Part shown: piece by piece, positions 1-10,016 of the stretch
How the letters are laid out: the number at the start of each line of letters is the position of its first letter
Numbering within the stretch: the first letter of the stretch is position 1
NCBI GenBank assembly: GCA_963771465.1
Contig: CAVYTU010000001.1
Span: 59,279 to 123,278 of the forward strand
Length of the DNA: 64,000 nucleotides
Direction: 5' to 3'
Origin: an uncultured delta proteobacterium
GTDB taxonomy: Bacteria; Desulfobacterota; Binatia; UBA9968
Program-made: the position numbers and the translations under genes
Notes under the pieces: generated by a model
The model's database searches: none
What the model saw: only the letters and a program-made list of their open reading frames with translations
What the model was told of the DNA's origin: nothing

Positions 1-863
1 CTCCGTGCCCCCGGCAGCGTCGGCTCTTTCAGCGCCCAAGGCATCCTATGAGCTGGCAATACGGCAAGTTGTAAATCCTCTGCGACTTCGTCGATAGTTT
101 CGACTCCAACGTGGCGCTGCGACGTGGCGCATGCGATCAGCAGAGCGTTATCGCAAATAACATTGATCAGCCGAGGAATGCCAGATGAAAATGCCGTGAT
201 CCGTTTGATCGCCGGCGTTCTAAAAATCGTCTCCCCGCTGTATCCTGCCACCCGCAACCGGTATTCGATATAAGAACGAATCTCTTCACTCTCCAGCGCC
301 CGTAGCTTGGAGCGCAGCGTCACGCGTTGCCTGAGATCAAACGACGGCGTTGATAATCGCGTGTCGAGGAGCGGCTGACCGACCAACACGACCTGCAAAA
401 GCCGCTCGTCGTTCTTTTGGAGATCCGAAAGCAGCCCTAGTTCATCGAGCATCGCATCGTCGAGATCCTGGGCTTCGTCGAGTAGCAGCGTGACGATGCA
501 GTTCTGTTCGTGTTGATTGACGAGATAGCTGTTAAGTTCCTGCACCATCGTCACGCGATCGGGAGAGCACGGTGACAAACCAAAGGCGCCCAAGGCGCAC
601 TGCAACAATTCACCAAAAGTCACATGGGGGTCGAGAATGCACGCTGTATGCACACGACTGGGAGAGTTCTGAATGAAACGCTTGAGCAGCGTGGTTTTAC
701 CGGTACCGGCTTCGCCTGTGATGACGATTATCCCCTTGCGCTGCTCGATACCGTGGCAGAGCGTCGCGAATGCCTCCTGAAGCGACGCGTTGAGGAAAAA
801 AAATCGCGGGTCAGGAGTCAGATTGAAAGGCGATTCGCGTAGATTGAAATAGTCCTCGTACAT
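1..863 (-). CDS. ExeA/GspA-family AAA ATPase (3' end runs off the window; missing from the ORF track)
   Basis: Manual translation from the ATG at 863: MYEDYFNLRESPFNLTPDPRFFF, Walker A GEAGTGKT, Walker B LLLDEAQ, LQVVLVGQP, LRQRV, GIPRLINVICDNALL. Confidence 0.9.
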   Translation of the reverse strand, partial: MYEDYFNLRESPFNLTPDPRFFFLNASLQEAFATLCHGIEQRKGIIVITGEAGTGKTTLLKRFIQNSPSRVHTACILDPHVTFGELLQCALGAFGLSPCSPDRVTMVQELNSYLVNQHEQNCIVTLLLDEAQDLDDAMLDELGLLSDLQKNDERLLQVVLVGQPLLDTRLSTPSFDLRQRVTLRSKLRALESEEIRSYIEYRLRVAGYSGETIFRTPAIKRITAFSSGIPRLINVICDNALLIACATSQRHVGVETIDEVAEDLQLAVLPAHRMPWALKEPTLPGAR

Positions 864-960
864 TGTCGTGTGCCGCGCTATGAGTATCGGTCGTGACGAC
901 GATCTAAAGGCGCATTAAATTGTGGAATTTGGTGACGGCCAGAGTAGGACGGACTGCCGG

Positions 961-2487
961 TTATTCCTTGAACACCTTCTTGTCCAAACCATATAATCGC
1001 ATCTTACGGGAAAGCGTACGCACGCCAATGCGGCAGATTTTTGCGGTCAGACCGACGTTACCGTCGAAAACTTTCAGTTTCTGGGAAATGTAGAACTTCT
1101 CCCTTTCCCGCAGCCAGTGACGCAGCGAACCCGAAGTGGCAATTTCGCTCCTATCTTGGCCTGAATCGAGAGTCCCGGCGGGCAGTATGACATTTTCGAT
1201 GATCCTACCGGGTGCCAACATGATCGCGTGATCGAGCACATTCTGCAGCTCGCGAATGTTGCCTGGCCACGAATAGTCCATCAATTGGCTCAGCACTTTA
1301 GTCGACACATTGACGATCCGCTTACTCTTCGCCATCGGATGATCCTGCAAATAGTTCTGAATCAGCAATGGAAGATCGATTTGACATTCGCGCAACGGGA
1401 TGAGGTGGATCGGCAGCGCATTAATCTTCTCATAAAAATCCGCTCTCATAGTCCCTTTGGCAACATTGGCTTTAAGCGATGCGCTGCTGCCAGCGACCAG
1501 GCGGATATCGACGTGGACACTATCAGCGGCGCCGCCGCACCGAAGCCTTCGCGCTTCGATCAGTCGCAACATCGTTTCTTGCACCGCCAGCGGCATTCTG
1601 TCGATCTCGTCGACGAACAGCGTGCCGCGGTGCGCTGCTGCAATCTTTCCGGGTATAGCTATTCGGTATCCGTTTAGCGCACCCGATTCAGATCCGAATA
1701 GCTCACGCTCCAGCATCTCTTCTGAGAAATCCGCGCAACTAATGGCCACGAACGGGCCGTTGCGGCGCGCGCTACGATGATGAATCGCATGGGCGACCAA
1801 TTCCTTGCCGGTGCCGGGTTCCCCGTGCACCAGGACGGTGGCGTCATTGGGCGACGCCAAGCGGATGATTTCGAAGACACGCTGCATCTGCGGCGTCTGA
1901 CTCAACATTTCGCTGAACTGATAGCGCTCCTTTAGCCAGCGCCGCAGCTGACGAATCTCCATGGCCGCTCGAGTACCTTCCAGCGCAGCGCGGGTTGATT
2001 CCAACACCGCTTCCGGATCGAAAGGCTTGGAGACGAAATCTCGGGCGCCGAGTTTTAACACATCCACGGCGGTCTGAATTTCGGCATCGCCGGTAATTGC
2101 GATAACCGGGAGCTCGGGATATTTTTGACATGTTCGCGAGATAAACTGCACACCCTCCATGCCCGGCAGCTTGAGATCGGTGATGACAAAATCAATATCG
2201 TCCTCTTCGAGCCGGTGCAGCGCCTCTTCCGCGGAGGATAGCGTGACCACCGAATAGCCGCTTTCCGCGTACGCGCGTTGCAACTGTTGGCGCGTCGCTG
2301 GGTCGTCGTCAACGACCATCACGTTAGGGCGCGGTCCGTCATCGGCACGAGGCGCGCTGCAAATTTGACTTTCGTTTGTGTGCGGCTCCGGCGAAACAAG
2401 AGCCACGCCGTCCATCCAGGCTCGCGCTGCTTCAGACGGCGCGGCATACTGCCACTTTGGCAACATCAAATAGCCACCTTCCGACAC
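961..2487 (-). CDS. NtrC-family response regulator (receiver + AAA + Fis-type HTH) with degenerate GAFTGA loop
   Basis: Receiver VVDDD...TDLKLPG...KPF, Walker A GEPGTGKE, Walker B FVDEI, WPGNIRELQN and a C-terminal HTH. GAFTGA is replaced by GALNGY. Start is uncertain (2487 or 2466). Confidence 0.92.
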   Translation of the reverse strand: MSEGGYLMLPKWQYAAPSEAARAWMDGVALVSPEPHTNESQICSAPRADDGPRPNVMVVDDDPATRQQLQRAYAESGYSVVTLSSAEEALHRLEEDDIDFVITDLKLPGMEGVQFISRTCQKYPELPVIAITGDAEIQTAVDVLKLGARDFVSKPFDPEAVLESTRAALEGTRAAMEIRQLRRWLKERYQFSEMLSQTPQMQRVFEIIRLASPNDATVLVHGEPGTGKELVAHAIHHRSARRNGPFVAISCADFSEEMLERELFGSESGALNGYRIAIPGKIAAAHRGTLFVDEIDRMPLAVQETMLRLIEARRLRCGGAADSVHVDIRLVAGSSASLKANVAKGTMRADFYEKINALPIHLIPLRECQIDLPLLIQNYLQDHPMAKSKRIVNVSTKVLSQLMDYSWPGNIRELQNVLDHAIMLAPGRIIENVILPAGTLDSGQDRSEIATSGSLRHWLREREKFYISQKLKVFDGNVGLTAKICRIGVRTLSRKMRLYGLDKKVFKE

Positions 2488-2862
2488 CCGGACACTGTGC
2501 CAGGGGTCTGATCAGATTAAAAAAGTCCCCAATTGTCGTGCTAGTTTTTAGACAGAATAGCGCTTTGGGCGGCGCACCATTTGCAACTCAACCCCTTGGC
2601 TCAGTCAGTCCGCTAAGATGAACTTACCATTATGTATGTGGAATCCTGATAGATTTACCGCAGACGACAAAGCTGGGATTTACGCACCGAGAAACCGGCA
2701 GGTTCAGGCGGCGAACACAGCCCCCGGGTGTGTTATCAGCTATCGTTGATTGCACTTAACAAAGCTACGGTGCGATCTATGCGAGCTAACAAGTCAAAAA
2801 ATCGGCCACCGTCGCGCCAACCAACTCGGCGCTCACGGGTGCAGCGATCTTAACCGCTTGAG

Positions 2863-3057
2863 CTATGCATGCACGCGATGGTCGTCGTGATAAGAATCGC
2901 CCGGCACATTTTTGGCCGTAAGCCCGAGCCGCCGCGCCTCAAGGAAGCAGTAATAGCAGACCGTCAGATCGAGAAGGAGTAGTCCGCCATCTTGGCTCAT
3001 CACGCGGTACGTCTTGCCGTTAGTCAATCCGCCGCAACGCTGACATTCACAATTCAT
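2863..3057 (-). CDS. Small 64-aa CxxC...CxxC protein (putative Zn-binding)
   Basis: MNCECQRCGG...TVCYYCFLEARRLGL. The ATG lies just downstream of a consensus sigma54 promoter. The 3135 start in the track lies upstream of that promoter. Confidence 0.6.
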   Translation of the reverse strand: MNCECQRCGGLTNGKTYRVMSQDGGLLLLDLTVCYYCFLEARRLGLTAKNVPGDSYHDDHRVHA

Positions 3058-3071
3058 GATGGAACAAGACC

Positions 3072-3086
3072 GCAAAGAATGTGCCA
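3072..3086 (-). promoter_or_regulatory. sigma54 (RpoN) -24/-12 promoter
   Basis: Minus strand reads TGGCAC-ATTCT-TTGC, an exact TGGCAC-N5-TTGC match, in a spacer. Confidence 0.75.
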
Positions 3087-3291
3087 CCAGCTTGCGACTA
3101 ATATCGCTTTTAAAAACCGTCGGCAACAAAAGCACTTACGGTCAGAGTGCCATCCTACGTCTGATAATCCCATCAATTCTGACCGGTTTTACCGACAGAT
3201 TGGTTTGGCATACAGAGGAAAATTACTATCGAGCTGACCCAACGAATAATTCTCCCCGTTCTGCGGCGTCATCCATACTTTGTTCGTTCTA

Positions 3292-4656
3292 TTAGAGCAA
3301 CGCAACGTTGGTTTGGCCAAGGTCCTTCACTGCGTTACGTGTGTCGAAGATCAACGGGCTAAATTTTGCGATCATCGCATAGTCAAAAATGGAGTGATCA
3401 GTCAGAATGGCGATCAGATCCATCGACTGCATAAGCTGGGGAGTCAGCTCTTGTGAGTCGATCAATTTTTCATTGACGGAAATTGTCGGAACGTAGGGAT
3501 CACAAAAGTGAATCTCGGCACCTTTCTCGTCCAAACCGGCGAGAATCTGCAGCGCCGGCGACTCGCGTACGTCGTTGGTGTTGCGTTTATAGGCGACCCC
3601 CAAAGCCAATATCTTCGCGCCGTTCAAACATTTGTGCTTCTCGTTGAGCGCGTCGCTGATGCAGCGGATGACAAACGCCGGCATTTGACTGTTAATTTGG
3701 CGGGCGAGTTCGATCAGCCGCGGCTCGCAGCCTTTCATGCGCGCTTTCCAAGTCAGGTAATAGGAACCGACCGGAATGTGGTGGCCGCCGAGTCCGGGAC
3801 CTGGATAAAACGGCATAAACCCAAACGGTTTTGATTTTGCTGCTTCGATCACTTCCCAAACGTTGATGCCGAAGCTGTGACAGGTCAACGCCATTTCATT
3901 AGCCAGCGCGATATTCACGCTGCGAAAAGTATTTTCCAGCAGCTTCACCATTTCGGCGCAGTCGGTGGACGACACCTTGAGCACCTGGTCGATGAACTGC
4001 CGGTAGAACGCCTGCGCCACATCGGCGCACCGCGGTGTAATTCCACCGACGACTTTGGGAATACTCCTAGTTCTATAGATCTGATTACCGGGATCGATGC
4101 GCTCCGGCGAATAAGCCAAGAAGAAATCGCTTCCCACTTTGAGACCCGATTCGTTCAGAATCGGTAAAACCACTTCGCGAGTCGTGCCCGGATAAGTCGT
4201 GCTCTCGAGAATGATCAACTGGCCAGGGCGAATGTGATTGCGGATCACCTCAACGCCAGCGATCACGTAAGACAGTTCGGGATCTTTGTTTTTTCCGAGC
4301 GGCGTCGGTACGCAGATATTGATCGTGTCGAGATCACCCACCGCCGCCAACGACTGGGTCGCCCGAAGTTTTTTCTCTGCGACGAAAGACGCGATCATTT
4401 CGCTGGGCACGTCTGGGATATCGGAAATCCCGGCATTGATCGAGTTGACTTTTTCTTTGTTGAAGTCGATGCCGGTGACCTGGAATCCCGCGTTGGCCAT
4501 CTCGACGGCCAAAGACAACCCAACGTAGCCCAAGCCAATGACGCCTACCTTGGCCGTGTGACCGCGGATCCGGCGCTTGAGCTCCCGCATCAGACGGGGC
4601 GCTTGCACCTCAACGGATTCGGCATGAATCAAAGTTGTCTCACGCTTAGCCGCCAT
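3292..4656 (-). CDS. Nucleotide-sugar dehydrogenase homolog (WbpA/WecC/Ugd family) lacking the catalytic Cys
   Basis: GLGYVG Rossmann motif, CVPTP, ESTTYPG, SPER, KLLENTFR, AYK..DVRESP. Reads GGHHIPVGS where the family has GGHCIPxDP. Confidence 0.9.
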   Translation of the reverse strand: MAAKRETTLIHAESVEVQAPRLMRELKRRIRGHTAKVGVIGLGYVGLSLAVEMANAGFQVTGIDFNKEKVNSINAGISDIPDVPSEMIASFVAEKKLRATQSLAAVGDLDTINICVPTPLGKNKDPELSYVIAGVEVIRNHIRPGQLIILESTTYPGTTREVVLPILNESGLKVGSDFFLAYSPERIDPGNQIYRTRSIPKVVGGITPRCADVAQAFYRQFIDQVLKVSSTDCAEMVKLLENTFRSVNIALANEMALTCHSFGINVWEVIEAAKSKPFGFMPFYPGPGLGGHHIPVGSYYLTWKARMKGCEPRLIELARQINSQMPAFVIRCISDALNEKHKCLNGAKILALGVAYKRNTNDVRESPALQILAGLDEKGAEIHFCDPYVPTISVNEKLIDSQELTPQLMQSMDLIAILTDHSIFDYAMIAKFSPLIFDTRNAVKDLGQTNVALL

Positions 4657-4831
4657 GAAATATCCTTCTAAAAACGGGTTGCATCGGAATTTTCAGCCAA
4701 TTTTGCAATATCGCTAAAAGCACTCCTGGGTTTTGGCTAGCTGGACACTAGGGTAATCTCGGATCATGTTGTCGAATGCGCCACCGGGCAACACCGCTTC
4801 GGCCATCTTCCTTCGTCGATACAACGATCCA

Positions 4832-6754
4832 TTAAATCGACTGACTGGCGACGCGCCACTTTCGCACGGCGGCTTTCTGAGCCTGTTGGCGTCGGATGAA
4901 ATCCGAGGAGTCGGCATCGAGCGGCCGATAAGTCGGCACCATTTCATACAACATATCGAGCGCCAGGGGGGTTTTACCGTTGAGCGCCAGCTGTTCCATC
5001 TCCTCAACTTTGCGCACGACATCGTCGAAATCAGGAATCCAGCCCGACTGCACGCGCGTGATCTTTTCCGCTTCGGCGAGCACGATCTTTTCATCCATTG
5101 CGACCAGTTCTTCGCGCAGCTTCTCGCCCGGTCGCAGTCCAACGATCTGAATGGCGATATCGTCCTCGGGAATGAATCCGGCCAGTTGAATTAAGTGGCG
5201 TGCCATCTCCATCAAGCTGAGCTGCTCGCCCATGTCGAGCACGAAAATCTCGCCGCCGCGCGCCAAGGAGCCCGCTTGTAAAACCAACTGCACCGCTTCC
5301 GCGATCGTCATGAAGTAACGGCAAACCTCAGGGTGAGTGACGGTTACCGGCCCGCCCCGCTCGATTTGCTTGAGAAATAGCGGCACGACGCTGCCATTAC
5401 TGCCGAGCACATTACCGAAGCGTACGGCCGCAAAAATCGTTTCGCTAGTTTGCCTGGCCAGCGCTTGAACATACATTTCGCAGAGGCGCTTGGTTGCGCC
5501 CATGACGTTGGTCGGATTGACGGCTTTGTCGGTTGAGATCAATATGAAACGCTCCATTTTTTTGCGCAGCGCGAGTTGGATCAGACGATGCGTACCGACC
5601 ACATTATTGAGCATCGCTTCGCCGGGGTAGTCTTCCATCATCGGCACGTGCTTGTAGGCGGCGGCATGGAAAATAATTTGGGGCGTGTACTCCGCATACA
5701 TTTTTTCCAATGAACGGACGTTTTTGATATCGGCGAGAACCGCCACTTGGCGCACCTCCGGACGGGCGCGGCGCAATTCCATGTTGATGTCGTAGAGCGC
5801 GCTCTCGGCATTATCCAGGAGGATCACGCACGCCGGCTCATATTGGGCGATCTGCCGGCTCAACTCCGAACCGATGGAACCGCCGGCACCGGTGATCAAC
5901 ACCCGTTTGCCGCGCACCAGTTCGCGCACGGGTTCGAGGCTCAAGTCGATCGGCGGGCGGTCGAGCAAATCCTCAATCGAGAGCTTCTGAATCTGACTAA
6001 CCACGACGCGGCTGTCGTCAAGTTTCGCCAACGGCGGTAGAGTTTTGATGGGAATTTTATAGGCCGTGAGATCGTTTAAAATCTTGCGTACTTGAGCGCC
6101 CGTCGCGCTGGGAATCGCCAGCAGGATTTCATCGGGATGAGTTGCCCCGACGATTCTTTGAATGTCGACGCGCGACCCGAGCACCGGAACGCCATGGATA
6201 TGCTGACCGATCTTGGCCTGATTGTCATCGATAAAACCGATGGGTTCATAGCGATAGAGCGCGCCGTTGTTGCGCATATCGCGCACGATCATTTCGGCCG
6301 CGTCACCCGCGCCATAAATTAAAACACGGCGCCCGTCTTTTAAGTGAAATGCCATCGATGGGAGCCGGCGGCTAAGTCTGACCCCACCCATAAAAAAGAT
6401 CAGCACCAGCGAGTCGATGATGAAGATCGACCGGGGATAATCGATTTGACCCAAGTAAAAGTGGACAACACCGTAGAAGATCGCACTGCTGAGGGTTACG
6501 CCGGCGATAATGTTGCGCAACTCGAGGATGCTGGTATAGCGCCACAAGCCTTCGAACAGCCGAAACGGTATGAACGTAGCGGCGCGGATTATAATCAGCC
6601 CGAGAAGCATGTCGAGGAAAAGTGCGATTTCCTTTGCCGGAATGTTGCCGTCAAACTTGAGCCAAAAGGCCAAATAGTTCGATACCACGATTAACCCAAG
6701 GTGAAGCGCAACGATGGGCAACCGCCGGTACTTGATGAGTGTAGCTTTTAACAT
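4832..6754 (-). CDS. Membrane-anchored UDP-GlcNAc 4,6-dehydratase (CapD/PglF/WbpM family)
   Basis: Four N-terminal TM helices, GAGDAAE, TGAGGSIGSEL, HAAAYKHVP, STDKAVNPTNVMGATK, RFGNVLGSNGSV, GLRPGEKL. Start chosen from the GGGAG SD. Confidence 0.93.
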   Translation of the reverse strand: MLKATLIKYRRLPIVALHLGLIVVSNYLAFWLKFDGNIPAKEIALFLDMLLGLIIIRAATFIPFRLFEGLWRYTSILELRNIIAGVTLSSAIFYGVVHFYLGQIDYPRSIFIIDSLVLIFFMGGVRLSRRLPSMAFHLKDGRRVLIYGAGDAAEMIVRDMRNNGALYRYEPIGFIDDNQAKIGQHIHGVPVLGSRVDIQRIVGATHPDEILLAIPSATGAQVRKILNDLTAYKIPIKTLPPLAKLDDSRVVVSQIQKLSIEDLLDRPPIDLSLEPVRELVRGKRVLITGAGGSIGSELSRQIAQYEPACVILLDNAESALYDINMELRRARPEVRQVAVLADIKNVRSLEKMYAEYTPQIIFHAAAYKHVPMMEDYPGEAMLNNVVGTHRLIQLALRKKMERFILISTDKAVNPTNVMGATKRLCEMYVQALARQTSETIFAAVRFGNVLGSNGSVVPLFLKQIERGGPVTVTHPEVCRYFMTIAEAVQLVLQAGSLARGGEIFVLDMGEQLSLMEMARHLIQLAGFIPEDDIAIQIVGLRPGEKLREELVAMDEKIVLAEAEKITRVQSGWIPDFDDVVRKVEEMEQLALNGKTPLALDMLYEMVPTYRPLDADSSDFIRRQQAQKAAVRKWRVASQSI

Positions 6755-6885
6755 CAGAAGATCTCCCATATCGCTAGGAAGTCGCGGCAATGACCGCCCG
6801 CGCTGCTAGTGGTGGCCCGCATGGAATAAAAGAGCCGTTAAAACAGCCGACAGGTAATTAGAAAACTCAGAACGTTCGCTGGCGC

Positions 6886-7872
<987 letters not shown>

Positions 7873-7904
7873 TTATCCTCCTATTCTGAGTGCGCCTTGG
7901 GCGC

Positions 7905-8050
7905 GAGCTATTCTCGATACCTCGATGCGTTAGCGCCCAAGTTTGAAAAACCGCAAACGCTAGCGGAAGTCCTTCGTTGGTTTCGGCAAGCTGACCTAGC
8001 CAATGTCCGGGTCAAGTATGGCTCGAATGGTATTGTCGGAAATGCCCACC
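7905..8050 (+). pseudogene. C-terminal relic of a class I SAM methyltransferase, in opposite orientation
   Basis: With one indel it reads ILDT(F)DALAPKFEKPQTLAEVLRWFRQADLANVRVKYGSNGIVGNA. This resembles the LDTFDxLxPxYxxPQTxxEVxxWF tail of polysaccharide-locus methyltransferases. No N-terminal part is present. Confidence 0.55.
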
Positions 8051-8089
8051 CAAATTGGCGCGGTGTATCCTTCATTCTGACAGTTCCGT

Positions 8090-9175
8090 TCAACCGGGGA
8101 CGCTGGAGGTGGATCGACAAAGCGCATTCGTTATTTGGCAGCCAGACGAACCAATCTTAAATTTGTGTCGTCGTACTTGTTCGTGTGCGCCTCCCTGCGG
8201 GCTATCTTCCAAGTCCGCATCCACCAGCAGTCGAACCAGATCTTTGAATTGGGTCTCGGCTTCCCAACCCAAATTGTTTTTTGCTTTGGTCGGATCGCCG
8301 ATCAAACAATCCACTTCGGCCGGGCGATAATACTTCGGATCGATCTCGATGAATTCGCGCCAATCCAAGCCGACGCAGGAAAACGCTTCTGACACAAATT
8401 TCTGAACTGAGTGAGTTTTGCCGGTTGCGATCACATAGTCATCGGGCTCGTCTTGTTGCAGCATTAACCACATCGCTTCGACATATTCTTTGGCGTAGCC
8501 CCAATCGCGCTGAGCATCGAGGTTGCCGAGGTAAAGCTTGTCTTGTACACCCACCTTGATACGGGCCGCGGCGCGAGTGATCTTGCGGGTCACGAAAGTC
8601 TCTCCACGTCGGGGTGATTCATGGTTAAACAGGATGCCATTGCAGGCAAACATTCCGTAACTCTCACGGTAATTGACCGTGGCCCAATAGGAGTACAGTT
8701 TTGCTACGCCGTAAGGACTGCGTGGATGAAACGGCGTCGTCTCCCTTTGTGGTGTTTCTCTGACTTTACCGAACAATTCCGAGCTGCTCGCTTGATAGAA
8801 CTTTGCTCTAAGTCCCGTTTCTCGAATCGCTTCTAAAATTCGTATCGTCCCAAGTGCCGTGACATCGCCGGTGTATTCTGGAATGTCAAAACTTACGCGC
8901 ACATGACTTTGTGCCGCCAAATGGTAGATCTCATCCGGCTGAATCCGGTAGAGTAACTTAATCAGGTTCGTCGAATCAGCGATATCGCCATAATGTAAAA
9001 ACAGTCGCACGCCATTGATATGTGGATCTTCATAAAGATGATTTATCCGTCCCGTATTAAAAGTTGATGCCCGACGAATAATGCCATGCACCTCATAGTC
9101 CTTAGCCAAAAGTAACTCCGCCAAGTACGATCCGTCCTGCCCGGTTATACCGGTGATCAATGCTTTTTTCACCAC
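8090..9175 (-). CDS. gmd: GDP-mannose 4,6-dehydratase
   Basis: [67 protein letters not shown]. Confidence 0.96.
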   Translation of the reverse strand: MVKKALITGITGQDGSYLAELLLAKDYEVHGIIRRASTFNTGRINHLYEDPHINGVRLFLHYGDIADSTNLIKLLYRIQPDEIYHLAAQSHVRVSFDIPEYTGDVTALGTIRILEAIRETGLRAKFYQASSSELFGKVRETPQRETTPFHPRSPYGVAKLYSYWATVNYRESYGMFACNGILFNHESPRRGETFVTRKITRAAARIKVGVQDKLYLGNLDAQRDWGYAKEYVEAMWLMLQQDEPDDYVIATGKTHSVQKFVSEAFSCVGLDWREFIEIDPKYYRPAEVDCLIGDPTKAKNNLGWEAETQFKDLVRLLVDADLEDSPQGGAHEQVRRHKFKIGSSGCQITNALCRSTSSVPG

Positions 9176-9242
9176 AGTTCCTCTGCTGTTCTGGAAATAG
9201 ATTTTGCCACTCTCGTTGGCAAAGCCACGATCTCAAGGAAAG

Positions 9243-10016
9243 TTAAACGGCCCGTGCCACGGCCAAGGCATTCCACGTTGTCGTATCGGGATCTCGATCA
9301 AATTCGGGAAACGCTCCTAGTCTCACCGGTATGAACCCGGAAGATTCGAGAAAGAGATCGAGCTCGAGGGGAAAAAAATAACGCATACGATGAGTCTCTT
9401 CGGTTTGCCCGGCCAGCCGCTCCCCTTCTATTTTCCACAACCGATAGCTCACTTTGCACAGATGGCGTTGAATATCGAGTTCACCGCTTGCAACGCGCAG
9501 AATTTGGCAGCGGTCCGTTGGAATCACTTTAACGCGCTCGCTTGGGCCCTGGCAGAGTACCGCCGGACCGTACCAGACATCAAATATGAAAAGCCCCCCG
9601 GAGTGGAGGTGCTTTCTGGCCGTGCGCAGCGCAGCCAGGACGTCCCTATTCTCCAACTGATAACCCAGTACCGCAAACATCATGATGGACGCGTCAAAAG
9701 CCCGTTGCAATTGCACACTGCGGATATCGTCTTGATAGAAATTCGCTTTGCCATTGATTTGCTGGCTGATTGCTTTCTTGCGGGCAGACTCGAGCATTCC
9801 TGCGGAACGGTCTACCCCCACGATTTCATAGCCTAGCTGAGCAAGCGGCAGAGCATGGTTCCCCGTACCACATCCCAAGTCCAACACCGTGCGAACTGGT
9901 CCATTTCCGTAAGCCTGTAGGAGGCGATCGATTAACTTACATTCCTCGACGTAATCTTTGTCTTGATAAAGCGTGTCGTATGCATCGGCATATTCGGCGC
10001 CGAACAGCTCGCTCAT
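9243..10016 (-). CDS. Class I SAM-dependent methyltransferase
   Basis: YDTLYQDKDY, VLDLGCGTG, VGVDRS, GGLFIFD. Confidence 0.9.
   Translation of the reverse strand: MSELFGAEYADAYDTLYQDKDYVEECKLIDRLLQAYGNGPVRTVLDLGCGTGNHALPLAQLGYEIVGVDRSAGMLESARKKAISQQINGKANFYQDDIRSVQLQRAFDASIMMFAVLGYQLENRDVLAALRTARKHLHSGGLFIFDVWYGPAVLCQGPSERVKVIPTDRCQILRVASGELDIQRHLCKVSYRLWKIEGERLAGQTEETHRMRYFFPLELDLFLESSGFIPVRLGAFPEFDRDPDTTTWNALAVARAV

Noticed and set aside
1-2487. PEP-CTERM/exosortase system suggested by the ExeA-like ATPase and NtrC-like regulator
   Set aside because: No exosortase, PrsK kinase or PEP-CTERM tail is visible in the window.
2793-2806. GTCAAAAAATCGGC resembling a FleQ box
   Set aside because: A single imperfect match, with no FleQ ortholog evidence and no repeat at the other promoters.
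9203-9223. Inverted repeat TTTGCCA-N7-TGGCAAA upstream of gmd
   Set aside because: The 7-bp arms are too short to exclude chance, there is no U-tract on the coding strand, and the spacing does not fit sigma54.
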